From NCBI GenBank assembly GCA_004431415.1, contig QPMI01000408.1:186001-250000 (forward strand): a stretch of DNA of 64,000 bases. Reading direction: 5' to 3'. Positions 1 to 11,600 of this stretch are shown piece by piece. The position numbers were made by a program, and so were the translations under genes. A model generated the notes under the pieces. The model worked only from the letters and a program-made list of their open reading frames with translations. It made no database searches and was not told where the DNA came from. Source of the DNA: Cyanophora paradoxa CCMP329 (Eukaryota > Plantae > Glaucophyta). Within the stretch, counting starts at the first letter, position 1. The number at the start of each line of letters is the position of its first letter.

Positions 1-1472
1 CTCGGATCCGGACCCGACGCCGTCCCCCGCCGACCCGTGGACGGACGACGCAGGCCGCCGTCACGAGAGTCGGGGCGGGGTGGGACGAAAGCGCTCGTTT
101 TCCAAAAGGAACCAGAAGGAAACCTTTTTGGAAAACGAGTGGTTTCGGGGGGCGGGGTCCGGGACCCGTGATATGTGTTACGGTAACACTATGACAAAGA
201 CTTTGAAAATTTAGAGTACTCCCCCTCCCCGGCCGCCTCCTGGGGTACCGTAGCGACCTCGAGGTGTCCGCGTCGAGCTCGGGACGGGCCCGAAGCCGTC
301 CCCGGCGATCTCGATCGGAGCAGGACGCGGGCGCCGGGGCCCAGAGACGGGCGCCGTCGCCTCCGTCCTCGCGGCGGGCCGCGTCGAGCTCGGATCCGGA
401 CCCGACGCCGTCCCCCGCCGACCCGTGGACGGACGACGCCAGGCCGCCGTCACGAGAGTCGGGGCGGGGTGGGACGAAAGCGCTCGTTTTCCAAAAGGAA
501 CCAGAAGGAAACCTTTTTGGAAAACGAGTGGTTTCGGGGGGCGGGGTCCGGGACCCGTGATATGTGTTACGGTAACACTATGACAAAGACTTTGAAAATT
601 TAGAGTACTCCCCCTCCCCGGCCGCCTCCTGGGGTACCGTAGCGACCTCGAGGTGTCCGCGTCGAGCTCGGGACGGGCCCGAAGCCGTCCCCGGCGACCT
701 CGGTCGGAGCAGGACGCGGGCGCCGGGGCCCAGAGACGGGCGCCGTCGCCTCCGTCCTCGCGGTGGGCCGCGTCGAGCTCGGATCCGGACCCGACGCCGT
801 CCCCGCCGACCCGTGGACGGACGACGCAGGCCGCCGTCACGAGAGTCGGGCGGGGTGGGACGAAAGCGCTCGTTTTCCAAAAGGAACCAGAAGGAAACCT
901 TTTTGGAAAACGAGTGGTTTCGGGGGCGGGGTCCGGGACCCGTGATATGTGTTACGGTAACACTATGACAAAGACTTTGAAAATTTAGAGTACTCCCCTC
1001 CCCGGCCGCCTCCTGGGGTACCGTAGCGACCTCGAGGTGTCCGCGTCGAGCTCGGGACGGGCCCGAAGCCGTCCCCGGCGACCTCGGTCGGAGCAGGACG
1101 CGGGCGCCGGGGCCCAGAGACGGGCGCCGTCGCCTCCGTCCTCGCGGCGGGCCGCGTCGAGCTCGGATCCGGACCCGACGCCGTCCCCCGCCGACCCGTG
1201 GACGGACGACGCAGGCCGCCGTCACGAGAGTCGGGGCGGGGTGGGACGAAAGCGCTCGTTTTCCAAAAGGAACCAGAAGGAAACCTTTTTGGAAAACGAG
1301 TGGTTTCGGGGGGCGGGGTCCGGGACCCGTGATATGTGTTACGGTAACACTATGACAAAGACTTTGAAAATTTAGAGTACTCCCCCTCCCCGGCCGCCTC
1401 CTGGGGTACCGTAGCGACCTCGAGGTGTCCGCGTCGAGCTCGGGACGGGCCCGAAGCCGTCCCCGGCGACCG
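1..1472. repeat. Tandem array of ~385-389 bp units (~3.8 copies visible), each with three palindromes and an AT-rich stretch
   Basis: GATATGTGTTACGGTAACACTATGACAAAGACTTTGAAAATTTAGAGTACT recurs at 170, 559, 944 and 1331. The first unit has CTCGTTTTCCAAAAGG...CCTTTTTGGAAAACGAG (94-139), GGGTCC-G-GGACCC (155-167) and GTGTTAC-G-GTAACAC (175-189). Confidence 0.97.
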
Positions 1473-1585
1473 TCAGAAGGATGTCGCAGGGTCGCAGGTA
1501 CGGGTCGGGGCCGACCCGTCCGCGTTATGGAGTTAATGATACATGAGGCCCACCGCCCCATGGGGGAGGGCCAGGGCCCCGGGCC

Positions 1586-1633
1586 CCCGCCCATGGGGTG
1601 TTGCACGATAAAAGGGAGCGGCGGGGACCCCCG
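1586..1633 (+). promoter_or_regulatory. Conserved element promoter block with TATA-like CGATAAAAG, upstream of the MORC gene
   Basis: 44/48 identical to 3998-4045 upstream of PolB (manual alignment). Confidence 0.75.
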
Positions 1634-1678
1634 GTGGCATCTCCCACCCGCAGCCGTCTCCTTCTCCCGGATTCCGCC

Positions 1679-3727
1679 ATGGGTCCCCAGGGACATCCAT
1701 CAGACGCTTCACGCGACGTCGCGTCGGCTGCCGCGTCGCGCCCGCGTGGCCGGCCACTCGAGATGGACGCAAACGGCATGAGCATTCTTTCCAAGTTCAA
1801 GACGGCCATCGGGCCCTTCCTCGAGCTCGTCGACAACGCCATCCCCGGCTCCGAGATCTCCATCCACGGCGTTCCCGTCGCACGCGCAAACGCCAACAGA
1901 ATCGAGCAATCCAGTAATGACGAGGATGACGAAGAGCGGTTTGCTATCGTTCTTCGCGACGACGCCGGCGGGATGGAGGCCGAAACCGTCAAGAACCTCG
2001 GCCGCTTCATGACCCGCCCCGTCGCATTAAACCGCACAACGACCCTACACCAGCACGGCTGTGGAGCACGTCTCGCCGCCTACGCCCTGCAGGCGACCGC
2101 CATCTACCTCACGTCGACGGGCGAGGGTAAACCGGTCGAGGTCGGGATGATATATCCCGACGCGAGGGAGAAAAATGACAAGAAGGTGCCCCACTACGAG
2201 TACTACCTCGACAACGGCGTCGTCAAGGACAAGCTCAAGGGCGCCGACGTTCTCGCCGCGATCGACGCCCTTGGCGATGGCTATGATCTCGTGTCGATCG
2301 TCCAGAGCGAGGTCAAGCACCTCCTGGAGCGCACACGGAAATCGTCCCGCGGCGCGACGACGGTAATCCTGTACAACTGGAGCGAGCACAGCGTCGAGTT
2401 CACCGGCGACGACGTGAAGCCCAAGAACGCGCAAAAGGGCCCTGGCCTCCTCGAGGGGCTCGCTTGCATCTACCCCAAATCGTCCAACCCGGCGTTCCCG
2501 TCCGGATGCCGCAGCGGCGCCGCCATCGAGGCCTTTGGCGTAAAGGTCGACTTCAAGCAGATCGACGACCTCTTTACGTCCACCCCCACGACGCTTTTCG
2601 CTCCGCTCGTAAACGGGCACGTCAACTCGGTCATCCTGTGCGGCCCGCCGTCGACCACAACCGCGCTCTCGAGATCCCCGTTCGATTACGAGCCGGGGCG
2701 GGTGTCCGTCGTGTACCGCGGCCGCGCCATGGTCTCGTTCCAGCTTCCCGAGGGCCTTACCTCGGTCCCCGCGGGGCACGCCGTGGTGGTCGTCACCGAC
2801 GACAAGCTCGACACGTCGTACACCAAGGACGAGATCGGCGAGGCCTCGCGCGACCTCATTGTGCGGGCGATCGCCGCGGTGCTCCCGCCGCTGCCTCCGT
2901 CGCGCGACGGCCCGGCGGAAGGCAAGCCGGCGCGCGCGCCAAAGGGGGAGAAGAAGGAGCGCGAGAACGAATTCCTTCACATGTTCGATAGACGCCCGAG
3001 CAACGACCACTTTGTGACGTCGTTCGACTCTAACCAGGAGCTCACGGAATCCGTCCCCGCGAAAAGATCGAAACACTCGACGGAGACCGAAACGGGCGAG
3101 AAGAAACCGCGGAGATCCTGCATTTCCGACCTGGAGAAGAGGAGGAAGACCGTGATGAAGAACCGGGTCCTGGCCCTCCACGAGATGTCCTACCGTCACC
3201 GCTCGGACGAGGAGCGCAAAAAGTACAACACAAACAACGCCGCGCGTCGGTTCACCAAGATCACGCAGAACGGCAACCTCAACACGCTGTGCATCGATCA
3301 GCTGAAGAATCCAAAGCTCGAAGACGAGATCCGATCGGTCCTCCTGGCCCCCTACAAGGACGACGACGCGTTCCGCCGCGCCATCAAGCCCTTCGTCGAG
3401 GACCAGGTCGTCTGGAAGTGGCTCGTCGAGTACTCGAACGGCCCAAAGGATCGCACGCTCAAGGGCGGGCGCGGCGGCTCGAAGCGGGGGACCCGTAACG
3501 GCAAAGGCATCGCCGATCGCGAGGAGGGGCCAAAGCGAGCTCGAAAGGCAAAGGCGGGCGGGAAAAAGCGCAAGGCCGACGCCACCGTTGACGACGACGA
3601 TGCCGATCCGAAGCACAAGCGCGGGAGGACGGACGCGAGCGCAGACGTCGAGGTCGCGGACCTTGAACCCGAGGAGCGTCTAGATTCGGACACCGAGGAC
3701 GACGACCACTCCCAGAGCGAGAGCTAG
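1679..3727 (+). CDS. MORC-family GHKL ATPase with basic/acidic low-complexity C-terminus (start 1679 or 1763)
   Basis: GHKL motifs FLELVDNA, RDDAGGM and HQHGCGARLA, followed by MORC-like GATTVILYNW and LLEGLACIYP. No intron evident. ATG at 1679 is in CCGCCATGG context. Confidence 0.75.
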   Translation: MGPQGHPSDASRDVASAAASRPRGRPLEMDANGMSILSKFKTAIGPFLELVDNAIPGSEISIHGVPVARANANRIEQSSNDEDDEERFAIVLRDDAGGMEAETVKNLGRFMTRPVALNRTTTLHQHGCGARLAAYALQATAIYLTSTGEGKPVEVGMIYPDAREKNDKKVPHYEYYLDNGVVKDKLKGADVLAAIDALGDGYDLVSIVQSEVKHLLERTRKSSRGATTVILYNWSEHSVEFTGDDVKPKNAQKGPGLLEGLACIYPKSSNPAFPSGCRSGAAIEAFGVKVDFKQIDDLFTSTPTTLFAPLVNGHVNSVILCGPPSTTTALSRSPFDYEPGRVSVVYRGRAMVSFQLPEGLTSVPAGHAVVVVTDDKLDTSYTKDEIGEASRDLIVRAIAAVLPPLPPSRDGPAEGKPARAPKGEKKERENEFLHMFDRRPSNDHFVTSFDSNQELTESVPAKRSKHSTETETGEKKPRRSCISDLEKRRKTVMKNRVLALHEMSYRHRSDEERKKYNTNNAARRFTKITQNGNLNTLCIDQLKNPKLEDEIRSVLLAPYKDDDAFRRAIKPFVEDQVVWKWLVEYSNGPKDRTLKGGRGGSKRGTRNGKGIADREEGPKRARKAKAGGKKRKADATVDDDDADPKHKRGRTDASADVEVADLEPEERLDSDTEDDDHSQSES

Positions 3728-3997
3728 TGCGTGAGTCGCTATAGCAAACCTTTACGTCAACGCCGTCGCCTTGCCGAATCAACGCACCATGTGTTGATCT
3801 AGCTAGCGTGCGAATGTGTAACCGCGTTCGTTCAACACGAATGACGTACTCTTTCTGTTGGGACGACGGGGCGAGGGGGATCTCGAGCTCGATGGGGCGA
3901 GCTCGAGTACAGCGTTGACGGGGCGAGGGCGAATTCGACCACGGCGGGGCAAGACTGAACTCGACGCCCGCCCCCCGGGCGCCACCGGAGCGTCCGA

Positions 3998-4045
3998 CCC
4001 GCCCATGCGGTGGTGCACGATATAAGGGGGCGGCGGGGACCCCCG
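3998..4045 (+). promoter_or_regulatory. Conserved element promoter block with CGATATAAG, upstream of PolB
   Basis: Near-identical to 1586-1633; motif starts 82 nt before ATG 4100. Confidence 0.75.
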
Positions 4046-4099
4046 TCGGCCTCTTGAAGGATCCCGGCCCCCGCCGCCCCGACCTCCTGTCACCTCGTC

Positions 4100-7000
4100 A
4101 TGGTCGTTTTCACGGTATCCGTGCCGACCACGGCTCCGCCCAAACCCGACCTCGTTTCCTTTTGCTACGACATCGACGTCGCGGACGCGCGCGGCGCCGT
4201 TCGCCTCTGGGGTCGAACTTTGGCGGGCGAGGCCGTCCTTGTTCACGTCCTCGATCACCACGCCCGCTTCCACGTCGCCCCAAATCCCGGCGCGTCGCTC
4301 GAGGCCCTCCGCGCTGCCCTAGGTAGGACGGGCGGCGCCACCGTAAGCGAGTCCGCCGAACGCGTCCTTCCGTTTGAGGGATACCGCGCCGAGCCCCTCG
4401 AGGCTCTCGCCGTCCGCGTTCCCTACGCCGGCGTGTGGGACTTTTTCAGGCGGCTCGCCAAGGCGTGTTCCAACGCCCCGCCCCTCGTCCTCGGTTTCGA
4501 CCGGAACCGCACCGTCGCCTTTCACGCCGACACGGGGACCTCGCCGGCGTCGTGGCTGCGTGTGCGCGGCGGCGGGCGCGCGGTCGAGCCGGGCCGGCGC
4601 CACGCCCCGAGCTGCGCGTTCGAGCTCGTAGCGTCCGTCCAGGACGTGCTCGACGCAAACGCCGAGATGGAAGGCGCCGTCCCGCCTCTCCGCGTTGCGT
4701 ACTGGGACATCGAGACGGTCGCCGAGCGCGGCTCCAGCCGCGTCCCGGACGCCGCCCACCCCGGGGACCGAGCGGTGCAGATCAGCGTGGTGCGCGCCGT
4801 GCTGGGACGCGACGAGGACGAGGATCGGGCTGTGGGCGCTCTAGGCGAGTGCGGAGCCGTCCCCGGGTGCGAGATTGTCTCGTTTTCGTACAACCCGATG
4901 GAAGCTGCGGGCGCGGATGCCGCCGAGGGGTGCCTGATTGCGTGGTTCGTCGAGCGGCTTAAGGACGCCGACGTGATGGTCACGTGGAACGGCGCCTGCT
5001 ACGACCTCCCGTTTCTTGCCACGCGCTCAAGCCGCCTTCCCGGGGACCCCGTTCGACGGCTCGGCAAGGATGCTCGGCCGATTGGGCCTCGCGATGACTT
5101 TCGAGGTCGGCTCTGCGGCCCCGCGGACCGAAAGAGGGCGGGCGACGATCACGCCCAGCGCGTGACGGCCGGGCTCGTTCACTTTGACCTCCTCCAGGAG
5201 GTGCGCGACGACACGAGCCTCCGCGGATTCGTCCCTTCCCTCAAGCTCGGCGTCGTCGCCTCGAGCCTGCTCGGCGAGACCAAGGACGACCTGTCCATCA
5301 GCGCGCTCCCCGCCCTCTTCCGAGACGGCGGGGCCGAGGGGCGGGCCCGCATCGCCCGCTACTGCCTCCGGGACGCGAGCCTGCTCTACAGCATCGCGCG
5401 CAAGCGCGAAAGCCTCGGCAAATCGTTTGCGCTCTGCCGGGCGACGGGCGTCCCGCTCCAGATGCTTCAGTTTGGCGGCTCGACGCTGCGGGGGGCGACC
5501 CTCATCTCCCGTGCGGGGCGAAGCCCGCAGATGCCCGTGCCCGTTTTTTTGAGCCGTCCGCTCGGCGAGTTGGCGTCGGCCTCGGGCACCGGCGGACGCG
5601 ACGAGTTCTCGGACCTCGGCGAAGAAGACGGGTACGCGGGGGCTCGCGTCCTGGAGCCAATGGTGGGATGCTACGGTCCGACGACGGTCGTGCTCGACTA
5701 CAACAGCCTCTATCCCAACGGCGCGCTCCGTCGAGGTGGATTCGGCGGGAAAACGCTTTGCGCGCGTCGGGGGGGCGATCTGCGGAGAAGACGCCCACAC
5801 CCTGGTCGAGGTTCAGCCGGGAACGGTCCACGCCTTTCGGCGCGCGACTGAAGATCGCCCGGGAGTCGTTCCGTTCATCGTTGCGGACCTCATCTGCCGC
5901 AGGATGGAGACGCGTGCGCGGCTCGCCGGGGTCGAGGCGGACCAGCCGGCCAGGCGTGCCGCCCTCGACGCCCTCCAGCTCGCCCTGAAAATTGTCGCCA
6001 ACTCGCTCTACGGTATCTTCGGCGCCCGCTACGGCCCCGCTGCCTTTCGTCCCGTCGCCGAGTCGACAACAGCCCTGGGACGCGCCGCCATCGAGGTCGC
6101 AGTCGCCGTCGCCGAGCAGATGCTCCCCGACGCCTCCGTCCTCTACGGGGACACCGACTCTATCTTCGTCCACATCCCCGGCGCCTCGCTGGAAGAGGCT
6201 TTTGTCGCCGGCGACTCGATTGCGGTCAACGTCAACGCCCTCAACCGCGCCCGCGGCTTTGATTACCTTAACATCGAGGTGGAAAAGGTGCTGTCTCCGT
6301 TCGTCCTGGCCCAGAAGAAGCGGTACGCGGGCCAGCGGTACACGCGGGACGCTTTGGGGCGGCCAATGGGCCCGGCGCGCTGCATCTCGGGGTTCAGCCT
6401 CGTCACGCGGAGTGCCATTCCCGCGTCGAGCGCGCTTCAGAACGAGATCCTCAACGAGCTCCTCGGCGGGGGCGGGACCGCAGAGGCCGCGGGGCGCGCC
6501 GTCCGCTCCGCTCTCTACTACGCCTGGCGCATTTGCAACGGGTTCTTCTCGCTCGCTGACGTGCAGCTCACGCTCCGAAACGCCAAGGGCGCGTTCTTCG
6601 AGCTCGACGCGGCCGAGGGAAAACGTAAGTTGAACCCGGGCGACTACAGCGCACAGAACTTTAAAACTGGCCTCCTGAGCAAGCTCATGGAACGGATGGA
6701 GGCCCGCCGCGAGGGCTCGGCCCCCGCTCGGGGTTGCTCCGTCCGCTACGTCGTCCTCGAGGGCGCCGGCGGCGTGGGAGATTGCGCCGAAGAGGCGGTT
6801 TTTGTGCAGAGCGGCGGCGCCGCGGCCCCCGTCGACCGGAGCTACTACGTTGATCGCATGCTCGAAGACAGCTTCTCCGTTCTGCGCGCCGCCCTCGTCG
6901 AGCTCGGCGACCCCTTTCACGATCGGCTCGATTCGCGCAAGAAACGCCCCGCGGAGGCCGCGGCGAGGCCGTCCGCCGGCGCTAAGCGCGCCAGGGGCGA

Positions 7001-7610
7001 TCGCGGCAGCGACGCGTCGTCAAGTGATTACAACGACGAAGACGGGCTCGAGTCGGTTTCGAGCTCGAATTCCGGCATCGCTGGCACCAAGGCCAACGGG
7101 CTGAGCGCGCGCGTGCTCTCGTTTCTCAACGAGACGTCGGTGTCCGCCGATTTGGAGGTCCGGGTGCGCGGCGAGGCGTCCTGGGTTCGAACCGTGGACG
7201 ACGACGTGCGGACCGAGGACGGGCGGGCCGACCCGGGAAGTTCGGTGCTGGTGGCGCGCGCCGCGGAGCGGCCCCAGCTGATCGAAAGCTTTCGCCGGCG
7301 CCTCGAGGGGGAGATGCGCGCCGAGCTTCGCGCCGCGTGGGCGGCCGACGCCCGCGCCCTCGGCGCCGACCCGCCCCCGTCGGGCCCCATCCAACTGCAC
7401 GAGGACGCCCGCCGTCGCATTTTCTTCGAGCTGCACGCCGAGGGAGACAACCCCAACTACTACCGCCGCGCATCGTGCGAGTCCGTGCTCCGCCACCTGC
7501 TGCTCGGCGATCCGCTCCGGGCCACCTCGCACCCAGCGGAGTGGGACGCCGGGGCCTTTCTCGAGGCGCTCGGCATCTTGGCAAAGCCGCCCGGCCCGTC
7601 TGGCGTTTGA
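4100..7610 (+). CDS. polB: Family B DNA polymerase (delta-like viral type, with 3'-5' exonuclease), split into two frames at ~5720
   Basis: ORF 4100-5851 has ExoI AYWDIET, ExoII TWNGACYDLPFL, ExoIII YCLRDA and motif A VLDYNSLYP. ORF 5736-7610 has motif B QLALKIVANSLYG, motif C YGDTDSIFV and KKRYAG. No C-terminal Cys4 motifs of cellular Pol delta. Confidence 0.95.
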
Positions 7611-7750
7611 GCTCGACTTTCGGGTTCACTTCGAGCTAGATTCGATTACCGGTACCGGACTTTCAGCCTTTGGATACCTAACTCTAATGCTGTACCGGAC
7701 TACCTTGTTGCGATTGAGGTTGAATTACGTGTTGGCACGGTCGTCTACGT

Positions 7751-8443
7751 CTAACAGCTGTTCGTCTTGATACCGAGCCGCCGCGCGTCGATGACGAGCC
7801 ACGCGGGGTCCTCAAAATGGGCTCGGTAGGCCGCGGGGACAAAGGGCGGGAGCAACGCCGCCGCCTCGGCCAGACGGGCGCGATAGCCATCGGGGTCGGC
7901 GCGAAGGCGGTCAGCGTGGGCATTTTCGCGCACAACGATCCGCCCCCGACCGTCGACGGGGGCACGGCACATGGCGCACGTGTCGCTGCGCAGGTACCAT
8001 GCCGCGGCGCACGCCATGCAGTACACGTGATCGTTCCCGCAGCCGACCGCGACGGGTTTCGCGGGCGCGTCTCCGCAGACGGGGCACGTGGCGTCATTGG
8101 GAACGGGCAGCTCGTTGTGGACCGTGAAGCAGCCCTTGAGGACGAGCTCGAGGAAGCGAAGGAGGCGACCGTTTGCCAGGAAACGCTGGAACGCGCCGCG
8201 GTCGCTCGAGGGGTCCGCGGCGCACGGTAGCTCGATGAAATGGAGGTTCGACGGCACCAGCTGCCAACCCAGCCCCTCGACAATCGGGATGCGTTCAACT
8301 TTGGATGCCGGGTCGTAGGTGTGGAGGCGGTTTCCGCACGCCCCGCGCAGGTCGTAGGGGCCCTCCCACCAGCGAAAGCTCTCCCAGAGCTTTTGGGTTT
8401 CGGAGAAGGCCTCGTCTCGATCTATGACGCGCAGGCGCTCCAT
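7751..8443 (-). CDS. C3HC4 RING-finger protein (putative E3 ligase)
   Basis: CPVC...GCGNDHVYCMAC...CAMC. The likely start is MERLRVID at 8443, preceded on the minus strand by CGATTATAAAAG (~8506-8517). Confidence 0.85.
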   Translation of the reverse strand: MERLRVIDRDEAFSETQKLWESFRWWEGPYDLRGACGNRLHTYDPASKVERIPIVEGLGWQLVPSNLHFIELPCAADPSSDRGAFQRFLANGRLLRFLELVLKGCFTVHNELPVPNDATCPVCGDAPAKPVAVGCGNDHVYCMACAAAWYLRSDTCAMCRAPVDGRGRIVVRENAHADRLRADPDGYRARLAEAAALLPPFVPAAYRAHFEDPAWLVIDARRLGIKTNSC

Positions 8444-8652
8444 CCGTTTTCCGGGTACGGGCTGCCGCTTCCGCTTCTGTTGGTGACCGATCTCGAGTGC
8501 ACAGTCTTTTATAATCGGCCTCCAGGCCCCGCGGTTGACGGTCAGGCGATTTCGCCTGCTCCGGGTACGTCGTGCACGGCGAGGGGCCCCCCGGCCCGGC
8601 GGGGCGTTCTTCGATATAAGCAATCGGGGCGCGGGGCTCCGCCGCATGCGCC

Positions 8653-11600
8653 ATGGACGCGGCGGCGGCGGCGCCCGTCGACGTCACTCTCCCTGACGAC
8701 GGCGCCGGCCAACCCGTCTTCGACGGCGCCAAGGACATCGACGCGCCGGCGGCGTCGCCCGTCTCTCTTCCCAGCGACGGCGCCGACCGGCACGGCATCG
8801 TCGAGGTCCTCTGCGGTCGCAATCGCGTACCTCTGCAGGTTCTCTGTGGCGCAGAGGGCCATCGATTTGCGGGATTCTTCGAGACATTCGAGTGCGCCGT
8901 CGGCACGAAACGCTACGTCGTCGCCGCGCGCGTCTTCTCCGTCCACGCACCTCCTCCGGGCGTCGAGGAGCCCCCAAACGCGCAAACGCTGGGAGATCTC
9001 TACGAGCGGTCCGAAGAGATTCGGGAGGCTGCTCAACAGGCGTCCAAATTCGCCGAGCACGCCACGCGGCAGGGCTGCGCGGTCAGAGCCACCTACGAGG
9101 GTCGGGGCAGATTCGTTCTGTGGTGCCTTCCCGACGAGGGCGACCGGCACACAATCCGCATCGTCGACGGGCTCCCCTCCGCCGCCGACCTCGGCCTCGG
9201 CGAGGATCACTTCGCCGTTCCGTGGGGCGCCACTCGCAGAACCGCCATTCCGGTCGACCTCAAGGCCCTCATCGACCCAGCGCTCGCCGCCAACGTCGTC
9301 CTGCGCGATCCCGAGCAGCTGGAGACCGCGTGGGAGGCGCGCAAAGACTACATGGTCAAGCTCGGCGAGCGAATCCAAACAATCTGCGTCCGAGCCCACG
9401 CGGCGCCGCCGGCGCCACCCCCGGAGCGCCCCGCCGGACCCGAGGCGCCGGCGCTCGAGATCTACAGCTGCCGCGCCGATGGCGAGCCGTACGTGGCCCT
9501 GGGCGTAGAGGACGGTGACGACGGTCCCAAGGCGACGGCGCTGCGGGCGGCGGCGGCGGCCGAGCTCCACGCTGCGGCGTGCCGCCTCGCCCTTGGCGGC
9601 GACCCCGTCCCCACCACCGTCTTCTGCTACACGGACGAGATCGTGTACCGTTTTCGCGTCAACGGCGGGTGCCGCGAGCTCTGGGCCCGTAGAGGCCTGG
9701 TCGTCGTACCGCTGGACGAAGAGGAGGAAAGGACATCGGCGGTCCTGGACCGCAACCTCGTCCCGGTGCACGCGTCCGAGCTGCTCCGACTCGAGACCGC
9801 GCTCTGGAACGCGATGTGCACCGCGGCCGACTGCCGTCCCGTCGAACGCTTTCGCTTCGCGGCCTCGAGGCCGGCGCCGGCGCTGGTCCTCCAGAGCGAG
9901 CTGGAAACAAAGGCGCGGCAGTACGTCGAGCTGGGACAACGTTCGATCACGAAACTCGTCAGCGAGATCACGGCGTTTGAGCTCGAGAGAAAGAAGAACG
10001 CTAGTCTGCCGTTCTACCGCCTCGAAACGCTGCACCAAGAGGTGCAACGGGCCAAGGCCGAAGCGAAGCGCCGCGAGGAGGCGGCGAAGAAGCGCGACGA
10101 GGCGGCGAAGGAGCGCCAGAAGCTCGACCCGGGCACCGCAAAGAAGGGCCGAGCTCGAGCGGCGACGACCACGCGCAAATTCAAAACGGACGCCGAACGG
10201 TTCGAAGTGCACACGTCCCCCGATCCAGCGTACATGAACGACATCCTACACACCGAGGGCCGCCCCGTGAGCTCCGCCGACGGGGCCGGGCGCCCCCTCC
10301 TCGGAGAGAGCTTTCGCCCGACGGCCGAGCGCGAGGTCAAGGCGGGGGCGACGGTCGCGGTGGACGCCGCGCGGGGGCAGGTTCTCATTCTGGATGGACA
10401 GCGCACGAGCCCGTACATCGATCACGAGCTGGTCGCCGGGCCCGTCTTCCGTCGCCTCGCGACAGGGCGCCGTGTGCTCGTCCACGGGCTCGCCCCAACG
10501 GGATCCGGAAAGTCCAAGCTCGGAGTGGAGACCGTCTTGAAAAAGCTACTGATATCGCCCGACATGCGCCGCCGGGGAGGCGCCCGAGGCCAGATCCTCT
10601 GGTTCGTCAACGCCGCAGCGCACTCCGGAATGTTGAAGAGCGAGCCGTGCTGGACGAGGACGTTGGAGGATGCGGGAAGGGTGTACCACGAGCTCACGGG
10701 CAACGCTCCCGAGGAGGTTATCAACAGCGTACGGTCCTACAAAGAATCCCACGCGTTTCTGAAGGAAGCTTGCGTCGTCTTCTGCACCGTGGAGAGCCTC
10801 CCAAAACTCTTCCAACACGTCCCGCAGTTCGACGCGGTTTTCATCGACGAGGCGTCCAAGATCATGGAAATCCTGACGACCTCCGGCACCGTCGTAGAAG
10901 AGCTTCGCCAGCTGCGCGCCCTTCGCGCCCTGGCGATCTATCTCCGCACAACGCCGCTGGTCTTCTGCATGGACGCCGACTACACGCCCGTCGAGCGAGA
11001 GTTCTTCGCCGCGCTATTTCGCGGGGGAACGTCGAGCGTCGAACCCGCCCGCGGCGCCGTGGACCCGTTTGGGGACACCCGGGCGGGGCAGGGGCCCGAT
11101 CCGTCCGAGCCCGCGGGGTCCGCACGCGAGTGGGAGGTCGCGTACATCAAGACGGGCGCGTTCGCGCCCCGCAACACCTGGTTCGCAGGGGACGCGAGGC
11201 AGTGCAAGCGCTTCGTCGCGTCGCTTTTGCTGCTCGGAAAGAAGGTCTTCTTCGTTTCAAACACGCAGCGGACGCTCGTCGAGCTCGAGGCGTACTTATC
11301 GCGCATCGAGCTCCTGCGCGGAATCCGCGTCCTAGTTATCCACGGCAAGAGCCCGGAGAAGGTCAAGGCTCTCCTCCAGGACCCGGCGGCCCTCGCGGAA
11401 TACGACCTGGTCTGCGTAAACGGGGTGCGTGCGCGTGCGGCTGCGCCGAAGCGTCCGCGACCGCCGGGCTGACGCGCGCGGGCGTGCGCAGGTTTGCCCG
11501 CAGGGCGCCGACTTTAACATCCTCTGGACGGGGACGCTCGTCGGCCACTTTGATCCGCGTATCCGAATCGACGTCCACCGCTTCTACCAGCGTCTTCGAC

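Noticed and set aside
1-1696. ORFs within the 387-bp array (e.g. 578-1696, 211-840)
   Set aside because: They are translations of repeated DNA, and frames shift between units through 1-3 nt indels.
4100-7610. Polinton/Maverick protein-primed PolB, or host Pol delta
   Set aside because: Motifs (YGDTDS, KxxxNSxYG, delta-like N-terminus) are of the nucleic-acid-primed type, and no integrase or packaging ATPase is nearby. It lacks the Pol delta C-terminal Cys motifs and host-like intron density.
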